Assembly: GCF_000143415.4 (NCBI RefSeq)
Contig: NW_003314327.1
Coordinates: forward strand, 326,851 to 390,850
Reading direction: 5' to 3'
Origin: Selaginella moellendorffii
Lineage: Eukaryota > Plantae > Lycopodiophyta
Length of the DNA stretch: 64,000 nt
Of the stretch, positions 49,826 through 62,910 are shown in pieces. The translations under genes were made by a program, and so were the position numbers. Position 1 is the stretch's first letter. Each line of letters begins with the position of its first letter. The notes under the pieces are model-generated. The model searched no databases and was not told the origin of the DNA. It worked only from the letters and a program-made list of their open reading frames with translations.

Positions 49826-51646
49826 ATGGCTCCTCCACCTCCTCGCAAGGCGCAAATCTCACAGGAGGCATTCGATGCCGCGGTGCGAGAGAATGTGGAA
49901 GATTTTGAGATGGAGGAGGGTGAGGCGATCGCTGATGCGGTGCACACATTCCAGCTGCAAGGCGTCGATCTCACAGGTGCGTGTGCGCTGAGCTCTATCT
50001 TTCTCTGTTAATCGATGTTGATCTATCTTGACGATCCGGCAGGGATTATCACCGACGGACGCGGCAAAGAAGAGCATCCTGTGATCCTAGCGATCAAAGA
50101 CCTGAAACTGGCCGTGGACGACAATGCTGGTATGGATCGTCTTTGCGAAGCGCTCGACAAGCTGAGGCTGGCCTCTGCCGGCGAGAACGCTTCCATTGCG
50201 GTGAGAAATGGCGCTGTTGAGAAAGCTGTGTTGGCTTGCAAGCGTTTGATTGATGAAAACAATGCTTCATACGTTTCCACAGCGATGAAGACGCTTCTCC
50301 CTCTCTTGAATGGTAAGCTGACCAAACAGAATATGTCTGGTGCTGGTTTCTAACGAGCCATTTTTTTTTTTCGTTTTTTTTTGTCTTCCAGATGAGCAGT
50401 CCAAGAAGGATTTCTTCTCCTCCGCTGGATGCGAAGTGATTCTAAGTTTTCTATCGAGACACGATGACTCCAGTGAGATTTCAATGCTCTCAGCAGCAGT
50501 GATCGCGTCATCAGCATCAGGATCCGAGATGCTTAAGGAGGAGTTTATGCATTTAAAAGCGGATGAGAAGCTGATAAAACTTCTGAGGCGCTACGTAGAG
50601 AATGCTGAAGTACTAAGCAGTGCTTGTGACGCGTTGAAAGCATTGGTGTCTCCCGACGATACTAACGTGCTAGCTTCAAACGTAAGCAGCAGTTAGATTG
50701 ATTCTTCTCTCAATTTTTTTTGGTACTGTCTATTCTACAGGCCTTTAAAAACGCCAGAACAATATGGAAGGCAGGAGCTGTGAACGCTGTTTTGGAGACG
50801 GCTTCATCCAACCGAAAAGATCCTACACTGTTGGTGACACTTTGTGCGACATTGAAAGCTATGGCAGTGAATGTACGTATCATTTTTGTGAACTCTACCA
50901 TTAGACTCAAGTTCTATGTATCAACAGGAAGAGATCTGTAAATCAATCACGGGGGATAATGGACTTGAGCTAACTTTGGAGTTCGTGGACGAATCTGCAA
51001 AAATGCCAAACAAGCTCTTGGCTAAGAATGCGTGCTCACTGATAACGCAGGTGAGACTACAATTTTTGTCCGGTACAGTCTAAGTCGGTTGCTGATGGAT
51101 TTTTGTCCCGGGTGGCAGCTGGCATTAAGTGATGCCAACAAAGATGCCATTGTTTTGCAAGGAGGATGTCAAAAACTCGTTACGCTAGCTTCGTGCTATT
51201 CAGAAGACGTTTCAGTGATTCAAGAGGTATTTGAAAAAACTGCCTGCGTAAATTAGAAAGCTCTGACCGTGCCCTCTGGCAGGTGATGTCTGCTATTGCT
51301 TCCATAACGTTGAGATCCCCTTCAAATGCTACCAAAGCAGTCGAGGCTGGCGCGATTGACTTAGCGGTGGAGATGATGGACAAGCACCCGCAGGCCCCAG
51401 GCATGCAAAAGCAAACGTGTCACATGCTGCGAAATCTAGCGTCACGGAATCCCGAGAACAGGCAATGCATTTTTTTGTCTCCCACCTTCGTGCATGCCTC
51501 TCACTTATATTCTTTTGCTTGTCAGGGCGCTGATACTGGAAAGGGGCCTTGAGAAGCTGATAAGAGCAGCCAAATCCAGGCATGCCAGCTGCAAAGACGC
51601 ATCTTCTGCTGCGTTGCGAGACCTGGGCCTGGACAATTACAATTAG
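49826..51646 (+). CDS. ARMC6: Armadillo repeat-containing protein 6, multi-exon
   Basis: [19 protein letters not shown]...[12 protein letters not shown]; ARM repeats; ends [12 protein letters not shown]. Confidence 0.9.
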
Positions 51647-53180
51647 AGAAAGAGGTACATGCATTACGGCAAACGCGCCGACTGATCAAAACGCTTAACG
51701 TGAGTCTGTCGTTGTTGAGTGTAGATGGGGAAAGTAGACAAACAGATTCTTAGCGTTCCACATCAACCGGTCGAGGAGAAGATGAGAAAATTCCGCCAGG
51801 AAGCATCTCCGCGGGAGGGGTGCGTCAAACACCAACAACTTGGACGGACGTATGTCAACTCGACTCCCGTGTCCAACACTTTGGCGGGGAAAAGGCGGGT
51901 GGACGGAGCTACTAGACAAAAGCCGCAACACCAAAGCAACACGAAAAGGCGGAGGAGGAGGCAAATAAGAGAGGGGAAGAGCAAGAGGATCCCAACCAAG
52001 ACAAGCTAACCATGGATAGATGGATGGACCACACAAAAAGTTCGCCGCAGTGACGTGCGAAGGCCCCCCCCGACCCCAACAGGTAAATGTGTGGGACTGG
52101 GAGAACAACACAGCGACAACGAACTCGCCGCTCGCACGCACGTACACACGTACGCATCGCCTCAACTTGTCCTCCCCGGCCGGAACCAGTCAATCTAGAT
52201 GGATTTGAACCAGCAACCACCGGATCGATTGAGTGATGGAGATAAACAATTGCCTCACCGCAGCAGCAATCCGTGAGTTAACGCTGGTTTAGTTTCATCT
52301 TTCCTGCTTTTAAATACGTTTTTGCGTTGCAGAGCATTCAATGGCGCTTTCTCTTTTCTCGCGGCCCGATTGCGATGTCGAGAAAGGAGCTGCCGAGCGA
52401 GAAAGCGCTCTCATCCTCACCCAGCTCGCTCAGCAAAAACGCAATCCAGGCCAGTGACCATCAACGATCGAGACGACAACACTATCAGCACCTTTACAGC
52501 GCTGCCGAGCGACCTTTACGTCTATCTCGCGCACCACAAACACACCGGCTCAAATTATGCGGACAAGAGACCACTTAAACCTCTATCCCCAACTGTGACT
52601 TCTCCGGCACCAATCTCGCGCGCAGCACGGCTCTCATCATCATAAATCAGCTCTACTTTCAATGGTAGTTGGCAGCAGCTGACAGGTCGGTCTTTCTTGC
52701 CGCAAAAAATTCTCCTATGCTTGTTTACTAATCCTTCTCTCGTTTTTCTTTTCCAGAGATTCTGTGCGCTATCTATGATCACCAACATCAACGCCACCCC
52801 ACGCAATTATCGCTGCCATCCCAAAAGAGCGACTCGCTGCCCTGCCCGGACGACGCTGCTAGAACAGACTGCCAAAAGCAACAAAGACGCAGAGGAAGAG
52901 GAGTGAATCAAACGAATGCCTCATTGCTTGCTTGGCATTGCAGCACTGCTCCATCCAGGTATATTGGCTCTCTAGAAAACCACCTCTCTTTTTTCCCGGC
53001 GGCTCCTCTCCATTGATTTAATGTTCGTTTGTGTGTGCGCGGGCAGAGAGTCCGGACAGTATATAGTTCCTTTTAGCCCCGCCTTGACCAGCCTTGACCG
53101 GCCTTGACCCAGAGCTTTTGCAATTAAAGCTCTGCCAGATGCCATGCCCGCAGCCAGACAGAGCGCGCCCAGCCCCTCAT

Positions 53181-54963
53181 TTAAGATTCCTCCATCTCAT
53201 CAAAGCCCTGGCGCTGCTCTTCGTCATCATCCTCCTCGTCTCCTCCTCTTTCGCCACCACCGCCACCACCAGCGCCGCCGCCGCCGCCATTCTCCTCCCG
53301 GTCCTCCCAGTCCGGCACCGGCGTACAGTCGCACTTGTGCCGTATCTTCCAGTCCAAGGCCTGGCACGCCCTCGAGCAATAATTTACCGAGCCGCAGGCC
53401 GAGCAACGCCGGAACTCGTGCCGCCGCGACTCGGGCCGCCCACAGTTGGAGTGCGAGCACAGGCGGAGCCCCGACTCGGGCGGCTTGGCCACGAACCAAT
53501 CGACCATGAACCGGTTTGCTACGTGCAGCTTGGGTGGAGGAACGTTGCAGCCAAAGTCACTGAGTAGCGAGCACCCCCCGCTCTGGAGCAGTGTGTACAC
53601 CGGGTGGCACTCGATCGCCGATACTGTTGCTGCTGCTGCTGGCGTCGATGGTGGTGACGAGCAATACAATCCTCCTCCGGAGTTACTCGTAATTGGCGAC
53701 AAGAGCATCGATCGTTGGTGCTGTTGGTGGTGATGCTGGTGGAGTTGGGTCCTCTCGGATTGCTGCTGCTGATGATGATGATGATGATGATCCTGGGATT
53801 GCTGGAGCAAAGGCGACGAGGAGGATGATTTGGCCAGCGCGCCTTTGCCAAGGACGGCGTAGTAATGCAGGTGGTGGTGGAGGCATGCCATGGCGCCGCC
53901 CTTGGCAGTGAGGTGGAGCGCCGCCTCCATGAAGCGGCGTGGCGACTGCGCCACCGCCGCCGCCGCCTCCCTGGTGTTGGCCTCGAGCAGCAGTCCCCTC
54001 CCCTTGACCACGTTCTGGGCGACGCCGTAGCCGTCCTGCAGGCAGTGGCCGAGCTCGCGCATTGCATCGACGTGGCCCAGCGACGCCGCCCTCGCGCACA
54101 ACGCAACGCCCGCCTTGAGGTCCTTGTCCTTCCTGCTTCCCCCGCTGCCATTGAATTGGATAACCGCTAAGGAGTGGAGCGCCGCCGCGTGGGACGCCAT
54201 CGCCGCCTTGGCCATGAGGGAGGCGCCGCCGCCTCTGTTATGGAGGCAGTAGAATCGAATCTGGAATAGAGAGGAAGTCACAGAGTGAGTTTCTTCGTCG
54301 TGGAACTAAAGAAAAGGCGAGGAAACATCGGATAACTGTCCATAAGGGAGGAAAAAGTAAAGACTTTGAGATCGCTGTAAGAGCGTGGAAAAGGGAAAAA
54401 AAAACGCGAGAAAACGCATCGTAACGTTATCCATCGAGCAGGGAAAAACCAAACGAAACTGGAAAGGAAATGAGTGAGCGATGGATTGTGCAGGAGCTTA
54501 CCATTCCCACTGTGTAACAAGCCTCGATGTTGCCAGCGTCGGCGCACTGCTTGAGGAAGCGCGACGATCCATCAGACCAGCTCGATGCTTTCACGGCCAG
54601 CGCGGCGGTGGATGCGTTGGCCAGGACGTGGGGATTCGTGGCGGCCGCGCAGAATCTCCGGCAGCTGGAAGGGACGAAAGGAAAAAAATCAGTCCTTGAT
54701 CAATAAGGGAGAGGCGAAAAAAATGGAACTTACGTGAGCATGGTGTTGACGAGATCGGCCGGCGACGACGCCGTGGAGCTCACCGCCGTGATGATCGTGA
54801 TGAGCACGTCGTCGTGCAGGGAATCGAAGAAGCACGGCGCTCGAGCGGCTTTCGCTGGCCGGTCGGATGTGCCGCTCGGCAGCCGCCGCTTCTGGACGCT
54901 GGGCTTGATGCTGAAAGTGATCCCATCGGAAGGAGAGGGATAGTTCCCCCGCCGAGTCCTCAT
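53181..54963 (-). CDS. F-box / Sel1-like repeat / MYND zinc-finger protein, 3 exons
   Basis: MRTRRG start, FFDSLHDDVLITI (F-box-like), LAVIQFNGSGG, ELGHCLQDGYGV, CSHSNCGRPESRRHEFRRCSACGSVNYCSRACQALDWKIRHK. Confidence 0.9.
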
Positions 54964-57467
54964 CCCCTCTCTCTCTCTCTCTCGCGCAAGATCGCTCGAA
55001 ATATTTCTCTTCTTGGAAGAAAAGATCGCGAGAAGGAGCGCAGAATAGAAAGAGAGGAGGATTGGATTGCGAATTCCCGGATCTTCTAACCAATGGAAGC
55101 GCCTGGGGGATTGACCTGGGAAGAAAGAAGAAGAAAACAAGCCCCCCGGGCGACGATCTTTCCAAGGCGTCGGGCAATCCGACGCCGAATGCTTGCAAAA
55201 TCTTCCTCCTGCTACCTTTGCTAACACGGCAGCATCGATCGAGATCGATCGAGAATCTGCCGCCAGGCGCGCTCTCGAGCTCTCCCTCTTCCTGTGAGCT
55301 CTCCGCCAAGCCCTAGCGCCCAGCCAGGCGGCTTTAAGGGAAGAAAACAAAGCAAGGAAAAGAAAAGGAGAGAGACGAACAAGGAATGAATATACAAAAT
55401 ATATGGCGCCATGGGTAGCAACCACACGCACGAGGCAGCACATTCCGTAGCAGAATGGCCCCCTCCCTCGCCCACGCACGTCCACATTCTCAAAAGAGAA
55501 TGTCATCCCGATTGGGGGCACCGCGGTGACGGACGGCTGCGATCTCCCGTGGCATTACGGGGCCGGTCAAAGCCTCACGGAGCACGTGGACGGCGGGAAT
55601 CTCTCACCGCCGCACGCGGCTTACCGCGGCCACCGCACGGTAGCCGCGGTAGGCTTCAAATCGCTATCTGGCGGTATTTATTTCGTTTATTTTCTTTTTG
55701 CCCCTTTCTTTGCGTATGGATCTCAAGCTCTAGACCTCGTGGTCTTGACATGAATAATGCCAACGAAATTTTTATAAGGTTTCAAACGTTTAAAGTATAG
55801 GCCGAATATTTTACTTTCCAAGGGTGGTGCACTCAATCCACCACTTGAGGGGGAAACTTGCACACAAAACCAAGAAAAACTCGCTCGAGCTTTATAACTT
55901 GAGCCCTACGCAGAGTGGCGCGTGGTTTTCTTTCAGACAATGGACACACAGAGGAAAACAATAAGAACCATCCCCGGCGGCTTCTAGAATCTCGCATGAT
56001 TTCCAATCCCCTCATTTCGTCCAAGCACACTGTTAGTGTTGTGGCTTGGCGGCTTTGCTTTGGGTTTCTCCAAGGAATCACTCTCCTCTACGTAAAGAGA
56101 GAATGTGGTCAATTCAGACGGATTGAATCGTCCAAAGAGGCGGGCTGCCAAGTGACCGTATAGAAATTCTTGAGTCTCTCGATTGACTGGGTGTGATCTT
56201 TGTTCGTTGACAAGCAACATTTTTGGTCGCGTCCAATGCTTTGACACCGTGCTTTGATTTTTAGATTTTTTCCATACAAGCGGCAAAGAGAGATTGACCC
56301 AATCAAGGGATTATAATCTTTGTATCATCGAGCGCGGATTTTACTAACAACCTTGTGGAATCTTGAAACCCTAGACGTTGGAGGCAGGGGTGGCGCAATT
56401 ATGGTCCATCTGGCAACCCTGGCAAGATTTAGGGACAGTTCTCCAGGCTAGGGACAGAGTCCTACACTCAACACACCCCTTCCTACGTCACGCCGCAATA
56501 ATGGGCGCCCGCCGGCGGTTACCCTGCCCCGCCGGCCGGGCAACGGCGGTTACGCTGCCTGCCGGCCGAGAACCGCGGAACGGGCCGGCTGGTGCGACAC
56601 GTGGCATGGCTCCCCGGGCCGGGCGGGTCAAACCTCCGTCCCGGGGGGCAATGCCCCCGTACTGCATCATTGGGCCGCCGCCGCGCCGTACGACACTGAC
56701 CGTTGGGAATCTCGGGTCGAATATCCCGCCCGGTTTGAAAAGAAAGCCGGGTTTAATGGGTGGGCCGCGGGTTGGACCCCGCTCAGCGTCAAGGCCACGA
56801 AGATGTCACGTCTTTGGAATTAAAATCCTTACTAAACTCCGAGCTTTGCTTGCTCGTTCCTTTTAGATCTCTCTGCTTTTTCTTTTTCGTTCTTTGTATA
56901 GGCTACGTAGCTTTCGATATTGACTTTAGCAACAGGAAGAGCAACTCTTGACGATTTGTTTAAGTCTCGTTTGTTTGGCCTTCGTGATCTCTTCGTATTC
57001 CTTCACGAATGTGGAAATAGCTCGCTGTCGTTTTTGTTAAGGCCAGCCATATGATTTAAATCATCATCGCTATCATGGTCACTACACCCTAGGATACGAG
57101 AGCTTTTCGGAATAGCTTATAGGTGGCCTCTCCTCATGAGGCCTCGTATGTATAGTTTTTCTCGTTTATCTAGCTTTGACTTGAGATGGATCATACTACA
57201 CTCCACCATATCTTTACTCGTTTCCAGCTCAGGACCTGTGTGTGCGTTGCTTCCACTTACTCACTCCACTAATGGGATCCACGAGATTGTGATCTCTTGC
57301 ACTACGCAAAGGCGAAACGGACCTTGGAAAGTTTCTTAGATTCCCATTCCCTTCTGTTGAAAGTTTACAAACCAATGTGCAGAGGTTGTGTAAAAGAGAA
57401 CGAACAAGAAGGAACAGAAGAATACACTCGCTACCTGCAAAATAGTGTCGTTGAGGACCCTTTTTGC

Positions 57468-59208
57468 TTAGCGAGGCCCAGCTGGAGCTGCCTGTGGACC
57501 AGATCGACCACCAAACCCAGCCTTTGCAGCTTTAGACTGGAGAAGTAGCTCGTCGTAGTTCTAAAAGAAAACAAAACAAAAACAAGAACACGAGTGAGCA
57601 AGCGATGGGCTCGGGTGAGTTAACTTTGGTTACCTTGGCATCCATCAGAACGTCCGGTTCTTCAATCACTTTGTCAGCCAGACCATACTCGACAGCTTCT
57701 TTGGCCTTGAAGTACTTGGGACGTTGAATATCTTTAGCAATTTCTTCTTCCGGCTTGCCCGTTCCCTTCGCCAACAAGTCAATGTAGTACTTCGTGTTGG
57801 AGTCCAATTCCTTCGCCTGGAAAACAACGAAGAAAAGAGAAAAACAAAACGACATGAGAAGGTTCTGCATGCATGTCGAGAACAAGCAACAACCTTGATG
57901 AACATGTCTATGGCCGACCCGCTCGATTGATTAACTTTGGGAGCGTAGAGCTTGGCTGCACAGAGTCAGCGGACGTCGTGTGAGGAATTCCAAACTACAA
58001 AAGTCAAATGGAAGCACTCACTGGAGGAGCTCGGCTGTACTGCACGGAAGCCTTTTTCACCCACTGAGAGAAGCATCGCTGCTTGACCGAATGCCATTCC
58101 ACAGTTTACTGTGTAAACTTTGGACTTCACGTACTGCATGATCAAACATCCAGAAGAATATTAAATACCCTAGGAAAGAAGAAGAAAGCGACATGAGAAT
58201 CTCACCGACATAGTATCAGCAATCGCATAAGCTTCTGTTTCGAAACCAACGCTTTCCTTCTTCTCATTCTGGATCCATAACAAAGTAAACACCAAGGACA
58301 AACAGGAAAAAAGATAGTTACCTGTGTGCCAGAGCAGTTTATATACAAGTAGATCGGTTTGCTAGGATTATCGAAGTCCAGGAAAAGCATCTCCGCGACT
58401 ATTAGCTCAGTCACAGCTGGTACTATCTGAGGAAAACGAAAAAAGAAAAGAGATGAAGCTTTCACTTGAGAAAACACCACATCACAAAACTCACGGCCAT
58501 TCCCAAGTAAACGATTCGGGCATCTAGAAGAAGAGATGGCAAGTCAGGCGGAGCTGATTTTGGTCGCATGAGTCCTCCACCACCACCACCACGGTACATG
58601 TTCACGCTCATGCTTAGCCTCGAAGCTCCACCTTGAAAAGAAGCAGGACTCCATACACCAGAGCCATCTCGATAGTGGGCTTTGGATGTTATTGATTCCT
58701 GGAAAAATCCACGCTCTCTATCAATTCCAGTTGCGAAAGTTATGATGCAAACAAACCTCTGTGAGTTCTTTGGATTTTTTCGTGAAAGGATTATCGTCGA
58801 CGAGGAACATATCCATCTGAGCGGGAGTGAGGCCGTATAAACTTTGAGGAACGTTCTTGAAATTATCCATCACTGCAACAAAGAAAGACATGAGAACAAA
58901 AACTAGAACGAAGAAATATCACTATGAGAGATACTATGAGAGAAGAATTCAATCCATTCACGCCACTTACGTCCGTCTTGAAGATTATCTTCGTGAAATC
59001 GCTTAGGAATGTGATCCATGGACGCGCTTGCAATCGCCGGAAACCTCGACGAGCTCGCGGCGAGGCGCAATCGCGGCGGCTCGAATCTTCCAACAAACGG
59101 AGACATACCCGATGCGAGCTGCTGATTCTGCTGCCTTTGTGACGTTGCGCTTCCACAAATCCCACACCTGGAGCTCCATGGCGCTGGAACCCTCGTCGCC
59201 ATAGCCAT
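57468..59208 (-). CDS. CLPR1: Plastid Clp protease non-catalytic subunit R1, multi-exon
   Basis: DHIPKRF..NLQDG, LYGLTPAQMDMF, APPDLPSLLLDARIVYLGM, IVPAVTELIVAE, PIYLYINCSGT, DIQRPKYF. Confidence 0.9.
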
Positions 59209-59310
59209 TCTCGTAGAGGGAGGAAGAACAAATATTATCTGTTGATGGGAATCGAACCGGGGAACCAAGCCATTTCAAATTTGCCCTAATCTGGGAAGCT
59301 AAGCTAGGGG

Positions 59311-60551
59311 ATGGCGGCGGCAGTGGCATCATCTCCTTCGCCCTCGCCAGCCGAGAGGCGAGGAATTCCGGCGGCGCCGTTTGTTGAAGATGTCCAGGTT
59401 TTCTTGGAGAAGACGGCCTCCGATGCGTCGAGCGCGCTTGTTTCTCTTCAAGACAGGTAAGAGATCGAGCTACATTCTACTTCTTGGCCTCTCAGCTGGG
59501 TAGGATACTATTGTTGCCGATGGATTTTGCTGTCGATCGAGCACTTTCTTGGTTGGATTTCATTTTTTTGGCTGCATGATCTCAAAGAGCTCGAGTTTTG
59601 CATGAAACCATTTTGAAAAATAGAAACTTTGGCTCGATCCGCAGCATCTTTTGGTTTCATGATCATTTGCGATGGATTTTGGTATCGATCGAGCACTTTC
59701 TTGGTAGTATTTCATTTTTGGCTGCATGATCTCAAAGAGCTCGAGTTTTTGCATGAAATCATTTTGAAAAATAGAAACTTTGGCTCGATCCATAGCATCT
59801 TCTGGTTTCATGATCATTTGCAATTGAGTCTATGCTGAAACTATTCTTTCTTCCCTTTGGCAGACTTCAGCAATACAAAGTCGCGGAAATGAAACTGCTA
59901 GCGCAAAGAAGAGACCTTCAGGTACTTTGTAAGTGTGATCTTTGCACTGCCCGACTGTGGAAGATCGCTGGTTCCTAAAACCGCTGTTACAGGCTAAAAT
60001 TCCAGACATAAAGAAATGCCTGGATATCGTCGAGGCACTGTTGAGCAAGAAGAGTTCAGGCGAGGTATAAGATGATAGTATGTTTCCTCCATCGAAAATC
60101 TAATTTTCTTCTACGTTCAGGAACCAATGACGGTGGATTTCGAGCTAGCCGAAGGGATCTACTCGCAAGCGCGTGTAGACGATGGAGACTCCGTTTGCTT
60201 GTGGCTGGGTGCCAATGTGATGCTCGAATACTCATACGACGAGGTAAAGATCTCGTTTTTCTTCTTCTTCCCTTTGATCAATGTCTTCCATTTGTGTTTC
60301 TTAGGCACTGTTGCTCTTAAAGAAGAACCTGGAGAACGCAAACTCCAGCCTTGAGGCTATCATCGAAGATCTCAAGTTCATACGAGACCAAGTCACCGTG
60401 ACCGAGGTATTTCTCTCCCAAAAATCGTTTGTTTCTCCTTAGCTTTGTGAATCTCAAGCTTATCACTGGAACTCAGGTGACAATCGCGAGAGTGTACAAT
60501 TGGGATGTACATAACCGCCGCAAGTCAAAACAACAAAAGGACGATCCCTGA
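59311..60551 (+). CDS. PFD3: Prefoldin subunit 3 (VBP1), 6 exons
   Basis: [50 protein letters not shown]. Confidence 0.95.
59518..59821. repeat. Tandem duplication of a 152-bp unit in PFD3 intron 1
   Basis: cgatggattttg...tcatgatcatttg starts at 59518 and again at 59670. Confidence 0.9.
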
Positions 60552-60829
60552 AGAACACACCGTTAAAATTCTTTGGGATTTGAGATAGTTAAATTCGACG
60601 GTTATGCTTTGTCCACGTGTGGCTTGTTTGGTGTTCTTAGTTTTTAGGGCTCTTGGAGCGAGCGGATGCCGCACGGCCGGGATGGATGCGCAGATTCGAT
60701 CTAATCCCCGGTGAAATCCCTCGAAATCTCGCCTCTCCAGCGGCAAGAATCTCGATATTTCGGTGAGATTTCTCTTCTTTTCGCGATCATCGTTCTAGAA
60801 CGCTCTTGATTCCTCTGGCAGCGGCAAGA

Positions 60830-61921
60830 ATGCATGGCGCGAGCGATAGAGGAAGAGGAGGTGGCGAGGAGGACGAGGAAGAGGAAGAGAGCCAGCAGCA
60901 GCTTTTGATCCCTGGCTTGCCGGACGATCTGGCGCTGCGATGCCTAGCCCGGGCGGCTCGGCAGGATCACAGCGCCTTGAGGTCCGTGTGCCGGCGATGG
61001 TGCCAAATCCTCACCAGCGAGCAGCTGCCAGCGCTGCGGCGGGGGTTGGGCGTGGCGGAGGGATGGCTCTACGCTCTCAGCAGGGACAAGTCGGAGTGCC
61101 TTTCCTGGCACGTCTTGGATCCCTCCAAGCGCAAGTGGATGGAGCTGCCGCGATTGCCCGAGGATCTGGCAGGGAAATTCGGCCTCACTTGCGCGGTGCT
61201 GGGCCGGGAGCTCTTCGTTATGGGTGGCTGTGATAAGTACGAAGAGCCCACCGCCGAGGTGTGGCGATACGACGCTCTCAAGAACAGATGGTCCGGGGCT
61301 CCACGCATGGAAGTCGCGCGATGCCACTTCGTCAGCGGCTCCTCCAGCGATCGTCTCTACGCGATCGGTGGCATGGGACTAGTCTCGGGAGCTCTCACTT
61401 CGTGGGAGATTTTCGACAAGGAGAAGAACCACTGGTCGCTCTACAACGATCCAAACATCGTCTCGGACTTGGGCGAGTCGCTGGTGCTGGACGGAAGGAT
61501 TTACGTGCGGCATGCCAGCCCGGGGATCATACCGCCATTCTACGCCGCGGTGTATGATCCACAGGCGAATGCTTGGGACGCTCTCGACAATCAAATGACC
61601 CGGCAGTGGTGTGGCCCGGCTGTGGCAGTCGGGGGCGACGTTTACATGCTCGACCAGACTCTGGGGATCAAGCTCATGGTGCTCAACAGGGCTACTGGGG
61701 AATGGAACACGGTTGGCAGGCTTTCTCCTCATTCCATTCGGACTCCTTGCCGGATCGCCGCTGTTGGGAAGAACTTATATGTTGTAGGACGCGGGCTCAA
61801 GACCATGGTCTTGAACTTAGAGGAAGCAGGGAAGCACAGGGGGCTGCTGGTGACTTCTTCCATAGAAGGGCTTCGGTCAGTGGACGATGTAGTTGTGAGC
61901 TGCAACGTCATTGAGCTCTAG
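60830..61921 (+). CDS. F-box/kelch-repeat protein, CDS intronless
   Basis: LIPGLPDDLALRCLAR (F-box); kelch units ELFVMGG, RLYAIGG, YDPQANAW. Confidence 0.93.
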   Translation: MHGASDRGRGGGEEDEEEEESQQQLLIPGLPDDLALRCLARAARQDHSALRSVCRRWCQILTSEQLPALRRGLGVAEGWLYALSRDKSECLSWHVLDPSKRKWMELPRLPEDLAGKFGLTCAVLGRELFVMGGCDKYEEPTAEVWRYDALKNRWSGAPRMEVARCHFVSGSSSDRLYAIGGMGLVSGALTSWEIFDKEKNHWSLYNDPNIVSDLGESLVLDGRIYVRHASPGIIPPFYAAVYDPQANAWDALDNQMTRQWCGPAVAVGGDVYMLDQTLGIKLMVLNRATGEWNTVGRLSPHSIRTPCRIAAVGKNLYVVGRGLKTMVLNLEEAGKHRGLLVTSSIEGLRSVDDVVVSCNVIEL

Positions 61922-61984
61922 AGGTTTAGATTACAGGTAGAGGGGGAAACGCAGGAAACTTACGACACAGGTTCAGGTTATCAC

Positions 61985-62520
61985 CGCAGGAAGGGAAACA
62001 TGGATTCTTACTACTTCGATGGCTATCAAGCGAAGCGAAGCCGCTCGACAATTTATATACAAGTATGGTGGTCTTCTTCGGGATTGTGGGGTTATACTGG
62101 AGGGAGACGAGTTCATGAGAAGCGGGTCAGGTTTCTGGGGAACTTTTTGGTAGAAGTGTGATCGCTTGGAGGAGTTTTGGACAGGATGCGAACGAAAAGA
62201 TAATGGCTTCTGTCTGGCTCCGGCTCTTGGGAAGTGTCACTCCATCAATCTCGGCTCTTTAGAAGCGGTCTTTGGGAAAGCTTGGGCCAGAGATGCCAAC
62301 AGGTTCGTGGACGACGAGCAGGAACAGGTTCTTGTAGACGCGTGTGGAAGCCTTGGATGACTAGCAGCAGAGGCGAGAGCTGTGCATGGTGTGGATCATA
62401 GCTCCGTGCGTCACTTCGGCACCATGTCACGAGCTCTATGACGCGTTCTACGTTACACAGGCTATCGGTGAGATCGACCGAGAAGCTCTCGAGCTTCATG
62501 GATAAAGTTTTATGCAAGCT
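61985..62520 (+). pseudogene. Eroded duplicate of the PPR gene at 62870
   Basis: GFLLLRWLSSEAKPLDN (62002-62052) versus GFLLLRWLSSEARPLDN (62948-62998); broken KYGGLLRDCG, RRVHEK and FLGNFLVE; 3' limit approximate. Confidence 0.8.
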
Positions 62521-62675
62521 AAAGCCATGGGATCGTCGTTAACGCTGGTGGCCTTCAGATGATCGCTTTTGGAAATAAGCTTTCAATTAATTTATTGGAT
62601 AAAACCAAATTTGGAAATATACCCGTTTGAAAGACCTTTAAACCCTAATCTCTTAGGGCTCTTCTCCTCTTCGCG

Positions 62676-62910
62676 ATGGACGAAGAGGAGGTAGAGGCGA
62701 GCAGGAAGGGGTGGATTCTGGCGCTGGACGCGGCGGAATCACGGCTTTCTGAGGTGCGTCCGGCAATGCAGCGAAATCGCTGTACGCGGCCTTTGCGTCT
62801 TGGATCCGTCCAAGCTGAAATGGATGGAGCTTCCGCGACTATTCAAGGATCTTCGTGCTGGGCTTGGCCATGACTCTCAGACGCTGCCAAGGCATTGAGC
62901 TCTACTACAG
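62676..62910 (+). pseudogene. Eroded duplicate of the F-box/kelch gene
   Basis: cgtcttggatccgtccaagctgaaatggatggagcttccgcga matches 61111-61155; cattgagctcta matches the kelch stop region; most of the sequence in between is deleted. Confidence 0.8.

Noticed and set aside
52900-52975. Possible miRNA-like sequence (atattggctc, short aatgcc/ggcatt stem)
   Set aside because: The match to known miRNA families is too short and there is no extended fold-back.
56394-56425. ATCTGGCAACCCTG as a DNA-transposon TIR
   Set aside because: No convincing partner repeat or TSD found in the window.
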